A stretch of 64,000 nt of DNA from the NCBI GenBank assembly GCA_039621445.1, contig CP154954.1, forward strand, positions 24,006,954 to 24,070,953. The letters are read 5' to 3'. The translations under genes were made by a program, and so were the position numbers. Positions 1-12,700 of the stretch are shown piece after piece. The notes under the pieces were generated by a model. It was not told the DNA's origin, ran no database searches, and worked only from the letters and a program-made list of their open reading frames with translations. How positions within the stretch are numbered: the stretch's first letter is position 1; each line of letters begins with the position of its first letter. The DNA is from Euglena gracilis (Eukaryota).

Positions 1-137
1 AAGAGGAGGATCATCAACCCCAGCCAAATGCAACCCCAAAAAATCTCAGCACCAGCCCCCCAATATCAGCCCCCCCTGCAAGAGGGGGGGGGCCAGGCCC
101 ACCATTTCGCATTTTTAAAAATCCAACAAAACCCACC

Positions 138-2147
138 ATGTTTGATGGCACACAGTGGGCCAAACTGGGCACAGTGATCCTGCAGGAGGAACCCAGCCCC
201 TTTCAATGGCAAGACCCCCCCCAGGCAACTGATTTACCAGCCTCCCCACCCAACACCCCCCTGGAAGGGGTCCCAGTTTGGGAAACACCAGAGTTTCGGA
301 CCCTCAGGAAAGAATTTTTTTGGAGAAGGCGCATGAGACAGCAAGCAGGAGGCATTTTATTTCACGAGAAGGTCGCCAGAAAACTGGCAAACATTCAGGA
401 AAAGTGGGTCGACATTGGCAGAACAGTGGACATTCGGCAGTCACAAAAAATGGTGCACACTGACATGAAACTCACGTTGCCACTGGCAGCGCCAAAAGTT
501 GTGCAATCGCCCCCCCCACCAAAAAAGAACCTCACCCTGGAACGGATCAGAATCGCCCAAATTCTTCATCAATACCGACCAGAGGAACAACGTGAGGAGG
601 GACTGGACATGTCGCACATAAAAAACGTACGCCGAGCTATCGCACAAAAAATCAAACAAAAAGTGCCAGCAGCAGAAGCAGTCCGCCCCCCGAGGACAAA
701 GAAGAGGCTGACACCCTCCCGAGAACCAACCCTGCCCATTGCCTGGCGATACTGCCCAAGAATTTGGCTGATGGATGACATGCCCAGACCGTTACAGTTT
801 GCGTGTGAGGTTGGATTGGCTGATCGTCTTTCCCCGTCCGTGTGGACCACCAGCGATCTTGATGACTCAAATGACTCCCTGTCGGACTATTATTCTTGTG
901 CTGCCACAAAAAATTTCCACATGGCAGAAACAGTTGGCACCATACACCTCTGCACTGCATGCCCACACGGGGGGAAGAAGCCGGAAGACGCATATCTGAA
1001 GACGGGGCGAGGTGATTCCCTGACAACAATGGGTGATGTGGAAACCAATCCAGGCCCGCTGACGGCATTTAATGGACCCTGTGGTGAAGTCATGGATCTA
1101 TTGGACCAACTTGTTGCCATGAACATGACTGATTTCTTTCGGATCAAGGCTAAAATACCACTGCGGCAAGGCCCCGATGGCTCCTCCCGTTCACTTCTTC
1201 CCAAAGCTACATACTGGCTGAAATGCACTTTGTGTGACATTGAAACCATCACTGCCTCGGCAGGTTGGTGCCTGCACCACAGGGAAACCTGCCCTGTTTT
1301 TTCAGCCACAGTATATCCATCTACTGAGACAGCAAAAGTACACTCCGTAACAAGCCGAGGATACCCCCAAGAACAAGGTCGGGAAAGGTTTTCAGAAGGA
1401 CACCAGCCGAATGGAAGGGGGGAACGAATCACCACCCATGGTGACGTCCAAACACAACCAGGGCCCATCTACTTCCGTCTGGCCACCATGGAAAGACCGA
1501 CAATCCCTATCTCCAGGGGACTTCAAGAAAATTTCATTCGGCACAGACTGCTGGCGAGCCTTCAAGAGGTGGATGCAGAACTTCAAACTTTCCGAGACAC
1601 CTTCCCTTCCGATGTCCTTGTTGAGGACGCTACCGTCTATGAGCTCACCGAATGTTGGGAAGTTTTGAGAGGAGTTCTGTTTGTGCTCATAGGGCTATGG
1701 CCACATCGACCACCACGTCACGACTCCCCATCGAGTGTGCATGCCATTATGTGGTTGCTGACCTGTTTATGGTCCGAAGTATGCAACATCGGCGAGGCCT
1801 TTCACTTCTACCTGCCCCCTATTCACCTAATGGCACTACCCAACGTTCTCCGGCCGAGAGGCACTTTCCCCAGAGTACCTCCAACGGAGCCCTCCTCGTC
1901 CGACCTCTGCCCATTGAATGTACACACCGTTGATATCCTGGACATCATGGCCTTGTTACGTCCGACAAGATCAGTAGTTTCAGTTGACCGTCACATCCGG
2001 AGGGCACGACGGACAGCACAAAGACGACCAAACCACCAACGAGGTGACATAGGCCGTAACAACGCTGTCATAGCCGAGAGGCCCACACACCAAGATGTCA
2101 CACTTTGTGGTGACGTTCACCTCGAGCCAGGACCTATTTACGGATAA
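138..2147 (+). pseudogene. CRE-like non-LTR retrotransposon polyprotein, N-terminal part with three 2A-like motifs and a putative zinc finger (duplicate copy)
   Basis: GDVETNPGP (1032-1058), GDVQTQPGP (1440-1466), GDVHLEPGP (2109-2135); CTLC-x12-HHRETC. Confidence 0.8.
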
Positions 2148-2230
2148 CCCCTGGTGAAGGACCCCTATCCCTGCGACCTAGCACCCGGCCCCATTGCCGA
2201 CGACCAACCAACCAACCAGGGCCTTCTAAG

Positions 2231-3691
2231 TTGTCAGATGTGGCCCCAGGGCACGCCAACCACGTACGGCAACCGATTGACCACGAAAAAACGCGGTATG
2301 GGTACAGTCCTCCCCGATGTGGCAGGGGCAAAAGCCTTGCCAGTTGTGGCGACATTGAAAGCAACCCAGGTCCCACAGAAACCCGCCCTCCCCAGCAGGA
2401 GGACGTCGAAATGGCCTCAGCCGCACAGACCTTTGCTGTGCCGCCGACGGAGGTACCACTCCTTGGATCTTGGTTTCCAATGCACTCAACGCCGCTGTTC
2501 TCGCCTACTTTGTCCCAGGCTATAATGCCGTTTCCCAGTTTGAACGGGGGCCCCGGGGCACCTGCAGCAGAACAAATCATGGTCATTGACGAACTAGAGT
2601 CCCGGGTGCGCTCAGTGATTTCCGAAATTCACGGGTGTGCGCCACAGGGCCAGGGGTTGATTGAGAATTTTGTGCCGTCCTCACCACAAGGGCAAGAGCA
2701 AGAATGCCAAAATGGTCGAAGGCCGCAGCCCCCCGTGGTTCCAGCACTAGCCCAATCCTCGATGAACGCTGATACGCTGCAAGTCACTCCCTTCTCGCAA
2801 CCTTGCCCAGCAATGCAGCCATCTTGGGAAGAAATTTCCCAAGACACTCGGGGCACGTTGGTCCATATCCCACGGGGAGCGTTGCGAAACGTTGTGCTCG
2901 CCTTCTGCAGCACCCTCAGTCGCTTTGTGTCAAAGCCAGGATGGGAGACCCTACACGCACTTTGGTGCTTCCCAAAAGCTGTGCTTGCTCCATTGAAGCG
3001 GAGCGGGAAAAGCCATTGGGCTGCAGTTGGACGGAAAATTACTGAGAGAGCCAATGCCTACCTCAACCGGTCCACAGAAGATTCGTGGGATGAGACTCGC
3101 CAAATTCGCGATGCACAAAACCCAAAGAAGAGAACACGAAGTCAGACAAAAAATTTCGATGCTGAAAGCCAAGAAAGATTGTGCAACCGTGTTCAAAGCC
3201 TTGTCAGCCATGGGGCGGTCAGTAAAGCCTGCCGCATGCTGACTTCTGATGGAATCCAAGATGCAGACGACCCGCTAATCTTGGAACGGTTGGCTGCCTT
3301 GCACCCTCCTGAACCCCAACCTGGAAGGCAAAATCTGCCTCCGGACTTCCCTAGCCTCGAATTCGATCTCAGTGAAGATGCAACCAGGGAGCGCCTAATT
3401 CAAATACGGAAAGCAGTCATGTCTTTCCCGAAGGAGTCCTCACCAGGACCGTCTGGACTTCGTCCAGATCATCTTAAAGACATGCTCTCTGATCCCCTGG
3501 GGACACAATCAGAACAACTCCTCACAATTTTGGACCAATTCGTCCGAACATGTTTGACAAACGGAAACCACAACTCTGCGGCATGGATTTTCGCTGGTGC
3601 CCGTTTGACTCCTCTTCAAAAACCCTGCAATCCAAGCGAAAACCTTGATGAGCTTGGCAATACCAACCCCATTCATGACCCAAAGAAGGAT
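2231..3691 (+). pseudogene. CRE-like polyprotein: fourth 2A motif and N-terminal part of reverse transcriptase, cut by an LTR (duplicate copy)
   Basis: GDIESNPGP (2348-2374), HIPRGA, GAVSKACRML, SSPGPSGLRPDHL, GARLTPLQK. The rest of ORF 2231..3919 runs into LTR sequence. Confidence 0.85.
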
Positions 3692-4330
3692 AGTTTCCCG
3701 AATGGTGTTGTTTTTGCCCAGCCTTCACTCCCGGGGGTCCGTGAGGGGGTACCGGCGGGGTGGGGGGTAGGCGCGATGGGCTCTGGGGAGAGGGGTAGGT
3801 TCGGGATACGCCCCTTCCCACGTAGGATTTTTTCCCGGGGACCGAAGGCCCTCCTTTTTGGGGAGTGGTTGGAGGGGGGAGTCCGGCTTGGCGTCCCTTC
3901 CGGCAGTGGGGGGGTTTAGGAAAAGGCCTGGTTAGCCTCCCCTAGGCTTCAGATACCCCAGCACCAACACCTTTTTGGCTTGTACTGCTCTCCTGCGCCA
4001 GCAGATAGCCAATCTTTTTTGTAATCTTTTGCTTGCTCCGCCCTTGGGATTTTGATTTTCTTGAACTTTTGCACTTTCTTGGCTCCAGTGCCTTTCCTTG
4101 AATTCCCTTGAAATTCCTTGAAAATTGATATAATTTGACCTTGGTCTTGATTCAGCAGGCACAATCTTGAATTGAAACCATAGATAAGAAAGAGGGAGCC
4201 TGCAGTAAAAAACAGAACAGTTAGAGAGCGGTTTGCGCTATTTTGATGCTAAATTAGCGCAGTGGTTCGCTATATACAACAGCAGGCTGTAATAGTGGCA
4301 ATAGAAGGTGCAGCGGCCGGTCCGCCAACT
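3692..4330 (-). repeat. 3' LTR of Gypsy element A (duplicate copy, 639 bp)
   Basis: Near-identical to 14418-15056 and 26351-26989; same GGAT flank and adjacent polypurine tract. Confidence 0.92.
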
Positions 4331-4639
4331 CTCCCCTTCCTCGGCCTTGCCTCCGGCTGCCGGGCCTGGCCGCTGCCTCTCTCGCCCCCCTGCCACAGGA
4401 GCCTGGCCGGGGCTCCCCGGTCCTTCGTTGCGCCGCTGCCTGGCGTGCCGGCTGCGGGCGGGCTCCTGTGGTCCGGGTTGGGGTGGACGCCAGCCAATCC
4501 CTGGCCGTGCTCCGCAGGCGTTCGGTGAGCGTCGCTGCTGACGTCGTCCGGCCTTGCGGGCTGGCCTCAGGAATTGGCTGGGCTCGGGCTTTGGCTCTCC
4601 TTGGCGCTCCTTGGTGGGTGGTCTTGTCTGGGTTCGGTG

Positions 4640-5310
4640 GCCCCCCCCCCTTTGGGGCTGACGGTCCCCCTGGCCGCCGTTTTTTTTTTTTTTTTTCCGC
4701 CCCCCCTGGCCGTGGGTGTCCCCCCCCCGGGTGGTCTTGGGCGGCCCCCCTGGGCCGCTTTTCGGCGCCTCCCCCCCTGGGGTCTGGGCGGCCCCCCTGG
4801 GCCGGTTTTCCTCCCCCCCCCCCCCCCTGGGGTCTTGGGCGGCCCCCCTGGGCCGTTTTTCTGCGCGCGCCCCCCCCCGGGGTCGTGGGCGGCCCCCCCT
4901 GGGCCGCTCTTGGGTTCCCCCCCCCCGGGTGTGGGCGCGGCCCCTTGGCCGCTTTTTTTTTTTTTTTGCCAGCCCCCCTGGGGCGTGCGTGGCCCCCCCC
5001 CCGGGTGGTCTTGGGCGGCCCCCCTGGGCCTGCTTTTCGGCGCCTCCCCCCCTGGGGTCTGGGCGGCCCCCCTGGGCCGCTTTTCGTCGCCCCCCCCCCC
5101 TCCCCTGGGGTCTTGGGCGGCCCCCCTTGGCCGTTTTTCCCCCCCACCCCCCCCCCCCCGGGGTCGTGCGCGGCCCCCCCCTGGGCCGCTCTTGGGTTCC
5201 TCCCCCCCGGGTGTGGGCGCGGCCCCTTGGCCGCTTTTTTTTTTTTTTTTTCCGGCCCCCCTGGGCCGTGCGTGCCCCCCCCGCCGGGGTGGTCTTGGGC
5301 GGCCCCCCTG
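4640..5310. repeat. GC-rich irregular tandem repeat in the 3' non-coding region of element A (duplicate copy)
   Basis: Recurring core TGGGCGGCCCCCCTGGGCCG separated by C, G and T homopolymers. Confidence 0.85.
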
Positions 5311-5749
5311 CCGCTCTTGGGTGCCCCCGGTCCGGGTCCTTTGGTCTTCCCTGGGTCCCCTCTGGGCCCCCCCGGGGTCGGTTGGGTTTCCCCCCTTGGG
5401 TCCCCTTTCTTTCTCCTTTCCTCTCCTTCTTTGCTCGCCTGTCCCCGGGGCTTTCGCCCCCGTGCTTCGTCGCTCTCCTCTCCTCTCCTCTCTCTCTCCT
5501 CTCTGGGGTCTCTCCGGTCTCCCTTCTCCTGGCTCGGCCTCGGCCGGGCTCACCGTGGCTCAGCCTTGGTTGGGGAAGAGAAGGGAGGGGTGGCACACCA
5601 GTAAGAGGTTGGGTTGGTGGGTGAGAGCCTCCACAGTATCCATCAGGTCAGTAGGGGGTGAGCCAGCTGCCGCCGACATCACCGCATCTCCTCACGACGA
5701 CAGCTCAGCTCCTGCGCGCGCGCTGCCAGCCGCCTGTCCTGAGCGTCGA

Positions 5750-7302
5750 CAAGCAGCTTTTGGTGAAAGTCGTTGTTCCCCAGATGCAGGGTGGTTTCAG
5801 CAACACCTTCCGAATACACAACAGTTCCATCGCCCATCTTGACAGGGACTGCCTTTTCTCTTTGGACAAGAAGCCCTTGGGAGAAACGGGTTGAAATGGC
5901 AGACGTGGTGGCCCCGGTATCAAGAACAGCCGACACATTTCTTCCACCAGAAACCGTGTTTGGGCCGATTTTAAGACTTTAAAAGTCTTAAATCTTCGCC
6001 CAAAACACGGTTTCAAACAAGAACAGTGTTTTGGGCCAAGGTTTTAGGGGGGCCAGGGGCGACCGCGGCGCCTTCGGCGCCGCGGTCCCCGCCCCTGGGC
6101 TCCCCCTAACTCTTGGCCCAAACACAGTTCTTGACACAATGTTGGTTTCCAAATACAACGTGGTGCTTGGTTTTCCCAGATATGAAATGGATTCGAATTT
6201 GCGCTTCTTTCCAGGGTCTTCCCGAGAATTGGGGGGCGAATTGGCAGGCAAGTTTGACTGTGTGGCAGGACGGGGCGGCTGAGGCGATGATTGATTCAGA
6301 CGCTTCTTGTCCTCACGTTTTTTCGTCCAACAGGCATCCTCATAATGGCCGACACGCTTGCAGTATTTGCAGGTTATTTTCGCCTTGAAATTTGGCTCGT
6401 TGCTGCGGTCTGCGGGGGGTCCACGGCCAGAGGGTTTGTGTTGGTTGAAACCTTTGCCTTTGCCTTTGCCCTTGGACTTGCCTTTGCCAGGGTTGGTCGA
6501 ACTTGGCTCATCACTTTCCCCAATTAAGTGGATTTTGGCAGACTTCTCACCACCGAAGGCTTTGGCTTGGGATTACAGAAAACGTTCCAGGGCATCGTCG
6601 GTGACTTTCTTTCGCCAAAATTCTTTCAGGGAATCAAAGGTCGAACATTTGTCACGGTTGTGTTCATCAGCTCTCATGTCTTTCCATTGCAGGGGGTGAA
6701 TTTTGGACACAAGCATTAGAAGCTTTTCTTGCTCACCCAGGGCATCAGGGGACATCCGGGACAAAATGTCAGACATTTCCACAAACAAGGCTTCAAGCTC
6801 ACCGGGGGAAGGTTCTTTTGACAATTGGGGAAGCTTGGAAAGTTGGGCTCGGAGCAAAATGTCATTTTCAACCTTCGGGTACTTGCATCAGACGGGCGAC
6901 AAATTCAGAAAGTTCATCCACTTCTTCGGCAAGCCGTTCGACGACTCTCAAAACTTTGGGGGTTGAGGCGGCGATGGCCCAATCAAGTTGAATGCTGTCG
7001 GGCTGGTTTTCCACTCCGGTGAGGCGCATCCATCGTGAAAATGAGCGAAGCCAATATTCTGCATCCGAACCGTCAAACTTTGGTAATTCCAGTCCAGGCA
7101 CACGAGACACAAGACCAGGCTTTCGTTCAGTGTCGGAGGTGTCAGCAGACTTTCTGGTGATCAGTTTTGGAGGTCGGGGGGCGAAGGGTGACTGGGTAGT
7201 TGAGTGTTGCGAAACATGTGGGCTGCTTAATTCAAGTCCGGCGAGGCGGGCTTCAAGCTCAACAATTTTCTGTGCAAACGACTCTTCACCAGCGTCAGAC
7301 AT
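5750..7302 (-). pseudogene. gag: Disrupted gag and aspartic protease of family C
   Basis: LPKFDGSDAEYWLRSF gag motif (ORF 6868..7302); CCHC knuckle CKYCKRVGHYEDAC read on minus strand at ~6330-6375; AVLDTGATTS protease motif (ORF 5679..5936); several frameshifts and stops. Confidence 0.82.
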
Positions 7303-8478
7303 TTTTTCCGTTTTGGTTCAATCACTTTCTGAGTTGCAGGGTTGATAAACAGGTTGGGCAAACGGTCGCTCAAAATCGAGGTTTTGTTGCACTCAAAATC
7401 GGATATTCTGCACTCAAAATCAGAATGGGCTGCACTCAAAATCAAGGACAGACTGCACTCAAAATATGGGGGGGGGCAGGCTGGCAGGTTGGAAATGCAA
7501 ACAGACTTCGTTGAAACTGGGTATCAAACTGTCCAAACAAGTTGCACAACAAATTCAGAGTTGAGCAAACAAACAAGGTTGATAACCACACCTGCAGAAC
7601 AAAACCTCCAAGCAGACTTTGTAATGTTTGGGTTGAAAAGTTCAGAAACAAACTGACAACCAACTTTGGTGCAAAGAACTTTGGCAAACAAGTTGGCAAA
7701 CAGACTTGCAGAAATTTGTCAACAATTCTGATCAAACAATCTGGCAGACAGACTTCCAAAACAGAATCCCAAATCAGACTTGCCGACAATCTGTCAACCA
7801 ACTGCTTGCCAAAACAGCGGTTGTCACTCAAAATCCTGGGGGTTGGTTGGTCAATGGGGGGATTTTGGCAAGCAGCTGGTCCAGGGGGGGCTGGTTGGCA
7901 CTCAAAATCCGTTTTTGTGTTGGTGTGGCAATCTTCCAAACAGACTTCCAACAATCAAACAGCAAACAATCAAACCAACAAACTTCAAGTTTTCTGTCAG
8001 ACAGACTTCCAAAGTCCAGAAACACAGTTTCAAACAAACAAACTTGCAAGAAACAAGGGCTTGGAGAGAGATGTTGTGAACAAATGTCCAAATTGAATTG
8101 TCACAGTTTTGGCTTTGCAATTCAGAACTGCAGATTGAACAGTCCAAACAACCTTGCAAACAGAAGTGGTCAATGCAAATGCCAAAATCAATTTCAGAAT
8201 CTGAATTCCAAAATCTCTCTCCAACAATCTTTCTGGGGGGGTCGCAATGTAACACACTGTCGCTATGTACAACAGTGTAACAGTGAAGTACAGCAAACGT
8301 TCTACCTCCTCCGGCGACTCTGCACCCAGAACTTGTTGTCCTCAAACTTGAAAACTTGAAAGATAAGGCCCCAGTGGCCACAGCAAATGCCAAAACCAGC
8401 TTCAGCCAAAACTGCTCTGTACGAAGTCGAGATTCCCCAGCAGCTGACGACTGTCGACAGCACGTAGGATCGTAGTAC

Positions 8479-8491
8479 TCCTCTGCTACCA
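8479..8491 (-). promoter_or_regulatory. Primer binding site (initiator tRNA-Met) of family C
   Basis: Minus strand TGGTAGCAGAGGA, 1 nt after the LTR end CA; complementary to the UCCUCUGCUACCA 3' end typical of eukaryotic initiator tRNA. Confidence 0.85.
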
Positions 8492-8492
8492 A

Positions 8493-8821
8493 TGTAACTT
8501 TTCTCCTTGAACTGGAACTTCTGTAAAAAAAAATTGATTGTTCGAGAACTTGAAATCTCCTACCTCTTGTTATATTCTTGTCCAAGGTAAAGCCGCAGGC
8601 AAAGCACGTAATGTGCACTGCCAAACACGAAGAAACCACAGAACCAGAACTGTGAAGAGGAGGTGAGAGGAATGTACAATTACAGTAGCGAAACTGTCCG
8701 CGAAGCAGTTGATAGTGAAATCCTCAGCAGCAGGGAGCGGCCAAGGAGGAGACATCGCAAAGCGACGCCTGTGTAAGGGAAAAGTGATCTGTCCACTGGT
8801 AAATCAGGCCACGGCGTTACA
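8493..8821 (-). repeat. 5' LTR of family C (~329 bp)
   Basis: 6-bp terminal inverted repeat TGTAAC/GTTACA next to the PBS. No second copy in the window, so the outer boundary is inferred. Confidence 0.7.
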
Positions 8822-8929
8822 CCATATTGTGCATTCTTTCGGTCCTTCAAAGTGGCATTCGTCTGGTCAGATTGCTGTCCGCTATGGCCTTCCAACTGAG
8901 AAACATGTTCTGAGGATTTAGGAGAGAGG

Positions 8930-9525
8930 GGGGTTGCGTCCAACAGGATGGGGCCAATTGGGGCCAGATTTTCTGGAAATGTCTGGGGGGCTGGGTCCAG
9001 CAGGCTGGGGTAAACTGGGGCCGGACGTTTCGGCCAGAAGTTTTTGAAATATGAGGGGGGGATGGGTCAAGAAGGCTGGGGCAAAATGGGGCCAGCGGTT
9101 TTGGAAATGTCTGGGCGGCTGGGTCCAGCAGGCTGGGGCTGTGGCCTGAAAAGGCCCACAAAGCACCATTATTAAGTGCAACTTTCTCTCTCTGTTGCTT
9201 TTTCTTTTGCTTTTGCTTTACAGTCAGTCTGGAAGTCTTGTTGCAATTTTGATTGCAAGTCCCCAAAACTGGTCCCCATTCATTCCAATCTGATGGGGGT
9301 GCCTCAAACTGCTGGACCCAGCCCCCCAGGCATTTCCAAAATGTGTGGCCCCATTTTGCCCCAACCTGCCGGACCCGGCCCCCCAGACATTTCCAAAACT
9401 TCTGGCCCATTTTGACCCAGCCTGCTGGACCCAGCAGCCCAGACATTTCCAAAATTGCTGGCCCCATTTTGTCCCGGCCTGATGGACCCATCCCCCCCCT
9501 CATATTTCAAAAACTTCTGGCCCCA
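8930..9525. repeat. Foldback/MITE-like inverted array of a ~57-bp unit
   Basis: 3-4 units of TTTTGGAAATGTCTGGG..GCTGGGTCCAGCAGG at 8930-9140, mirrored by 4 reverse-complement units at 9310-9525 around a ~170-bp spacer. Confidence 0.75.
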
Positions 9526-9690
9526 TTGGCACGTGCTGCTGAAAAGTTGATAAACCAAGGAATACGTGTGCCGTGGAGATTGCTCAGTGCAACTTTGAGT
9601 CTTGGGTCGCAACTGCCAGTGAAAAAAACGAAAGAAATCAGCCAGACCAGGCCTACGTCAGAATCAATTAGGAATTTCGGGGGTTTATTT

Positions 9691-9716
9691 ACTTTCTGAG
9701 TGTCTATTTTTTTTCG
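9691..9716 (+). other. Euglena-type spliced-leader exon, retro-copied (not an SL RNA gene)
   Basis: ACTTTCTGAGTGTCTATTTTTTTTCG matches the 26-nt Euglena SL. It is followed by TCTGCATAATCACC-ATG rather than a GT donor. Confidence 0.92.
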
Positions 9717-9730
9717 TCTGCATAATCACC

Positions 9731-12700
9731 ATGGCTGTAAAGGGGCCGGATGGCCCTCCAGAAGACCCCAAGACTCAAGACAATACACCCCTTGTCAACC
9801 AAGCTGCTACCACAACCAACCCTTCAAGTACACCTACTGTTGCAGTGGACACCGGACAGTTGGAGCTGCTGGCCAAGATGTTGTTGCCGCTGTTGGTGCC
9901 GGTGCTAACCACTGCTGTGGCACAACGACTCACTGCTGACCGCCCTGTACATAGTGACAGAGAAAGTCAAGACAGCAGCTCACAAAGAAGGAAGAGGACA
10001 TGGCAAGAGAGGGAAGAGCATGAAGAGTACCTACAGAGAAGGTTTGGAAGAGATTACAAGCCCCCATGGCAGAGAGGTCGACCCAGTTATCATATATCTC
10101 AACAGAGTTCTCCACAGCCCCAGCTCCATCAGCAAGTGAGTCTGGGGCCCCCCTGTACAGCAAGCCCATCAGTGGGCATTCCACAGTCAGGCCCATCAGT
10201 GAGCATTCCAATGAACAGCCCATTCCAATGCCCACCAGTGGGTAGAAGTCAAGTATGTCCATCTGTCACATCAATCATACAAATGTACATTCCATCACAG
10301 ACCAACCTTTGGGGTGAACCCCTGCAATCTCAGCAACCACTGCAATCAAACTGGAGCAGAGAAGATGACCAGAGGAAGAATTGGACCAGAGAAGAAGAGC
10401 AGAGAAGGAGAGAGGCTGAACTCTTCAGAAGCCTCAGAGCCTTTCTCAGCACAGGCCAGAGTACACAAGTCCCCCCCCTCCCAACACCATTACACAACCC
10501 TGGCCTGCCACCATCACCCTTAATCCCAGATGTGGTACTGGCATCACCATCAGCCTTCCAATGTGGTTTTCTGCCTGCAGCTTTCCCTTTTGTCTCACAA
10601 AGTCCCCCCCAAAGAGGGGACAACTCAACACAATACCTTCACCCAGTAAAACAAGTGGATCAAGAATTTCATCCCAAGGCAACTCCAAATCAAAAGCAGT
10701 CAGCAAAACAACGCCCCCCCACCCAAAAGAGGAGGATCATCAACCCCAGCCAAATGCAACCCCAAAAAATCTCAGCACCAGCCCCCCAATATCAGCCCCC
10801 CCTGCAAGAGGGGGGGGGCCAGGCCCACCATTTCGCATTTTTAAAAATCCAACAAAACCCACCATGTTTGATGGCACACAGTGGGCCAAACTGGGCACAG
10901 TGATCCTGCAGGAGGAACCCAGCCCCTTTCAATGGCAAGACCCCCCCCAGGCAACTGATTTACCAGCCTCCCCACCCAACACCCCCCTGGAAGGGGTCCC
11001 AGTTTGGGAAACACCAGAGTTTCGGACCCTCAGGAAAGAATTTTTTTGGAGAAGGCGCATGAGACAGCAAGCAGGAGGCATTTTATTTCACGAGAAGGTC
11101 GCCAGAAAACTGGCAAACATTCAGGAAAAGTGGGTCGACATTGGCAGAACAGTGGACATTCGGCAGTCACAAAAAATGGTGCACACTGACATGAAACTCA
11201 CGTTGCCACTGGCAGCGCCAAAAGTTGTGCAATCGCCCCCCCCACCAAAAAAGAACCTCACCCTGGAACGGATCAGAATCGCCCAAATTCTTCATCAATA
11301 CCGACCAGAGGAACAACGTGAGGAGGGACTGGACATGTCGCACATAAAAAACGTACGCCGAGCTATCGCACAAAAAATCAAACAAAAAGTGCCAGCAGCA
11401 GAAGCAGTCCGCCCCCCGAGGACAAAGAAGAGGCTGACACCCTCCCGAGAACCAACCCTGCCCATTGCCTGGCGATACTGCCCAAGAATTTGGCTGATGG
11501 ATGACATGCCCAGACCGTTACAGTTTGCGTGTGAGGTTGGATTGGCTGATCGTCTTTCCCCGTCCGTGTGGACCACCAGCGATCTTGATGACTCAAATGA
11601 CTCCCTGTCGGACTATTATTCTTGTGCTGCCACAAAAAATTTCCACATGGCAGAAACAGTTGGCACCATACACCTCCGCACTGCATGCCCACACGGGGGG
11701 AAGAAGCCGGAAGACGCATATCTGAAGACGGGGCGAGGTGATTCCCTGACAACAATGGGTGATGTGGAAACCAATCCAGGCCCGCTGACGGCATTTAATG
11801 GACCCTGTGGTGAAGTCATGGATCTATTGGACCAACTTGTTGCCATGAACATGACTGATTTCTTTCGGATCAAGGCTAAAATACCACTGCGGCAAGGCCC
11901 CGATGGCTCCTCCCGTTCACTTCTTCCCAGAGCTACATACTGGCTGAAATGCACTTTGTGTGACATTGAAACCATCACTGCCTCGGCAGGTTGGTGCCTG
12001 CACCACAGGGAAACCTGCCCTGTTTTTTCAGCCACAGTATATCCATCTACTGAGACAGCAAAAGTACACTCCGTAACAAGCCGAGGATACCCCCAAGAAC
12101 AAGCTCGGGAAAGGTTTTCAGAAGGACACCAGCCGAATGGAAGGGGGGAACGAATCACCACCCATGGTGACGTCCAAACACAACCAGGGCCCATCTACTT
12201 CCGTCTGGCCACCATGGAAAGACCGACAATCCCTATCCCCAGGGGATTTCAAGAAAATTTCATTCGGCACAGACTGCTGGCGAGCCTTCAAGAGGTGGAT
12301 GCAGAACTTCAAACTTTCCGAGACACCTTCCCTTCCGATGTCCTTGTTGAGGACGCTACCGTCTATGAGCTCACCGAATGTTGGGAAGTTTTGAGAGGAG
12401 TTCTGTTTGTGCTCATAGGGCTATGGCCACATCGACCACCACGTCACGACTCCCCATCGAGTGTGCATGCCATTATGTGGTTGCTGACCTGTTTATGGTC
12501 CGAAGTATGCAACATCGGCGAGGCCTTTCACTTCTACCTGCCCCCTATTCACCTAATGGCACTACCCAACGTTCTCCGGCCGAGAGGCACTTTCCCCAGA
12601 GTACCTCCAACGGAGCCCTCCTCGTCCGACCTCTGCCCATTGAATGTACACACCGTTGATATCCTGGACATCATGGCCTTGTTACGTCCGACAAGATCAG

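Larger units (their letters stand above)
1..5749 (+). repeat. Upstream copy of a ~10.7-kb tandem segmental duplication (matches 10727-16466)
   Basis: Sequence and ORF track repeat at offset 10726 (e.g. 2231..3919 vs 12957..14645). Identity ends after GAGCGTCGA at 5749/16466. About 17 substitutions seen by eye outside the homopolymer-rich block. Confidence 0.95.
5750..8821 (-). mobile_element. Ty3/Gypsy LTR retrotransposon family C, 5' fragment (LTR, PBS, leader, gag, start of protease)
   Basis: TGTAAC...GTTACA-bounded LTR, tRNA-iMet PBS, gag and aspartic protease motifs; truncated at the duplication junction. Confidence 0.85.

Noticed and set aside
4238-5842. Long G/P/R-rich ORFs on both strands (also 14980-16493)
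   Set aside because: Stop-poor GC repeat; frames differ between the duplicated copies.
9691-9800. SL RNA gene
   Set aside because: The exon is followed by TC, not a GT donor, and leads straight to an ATG.
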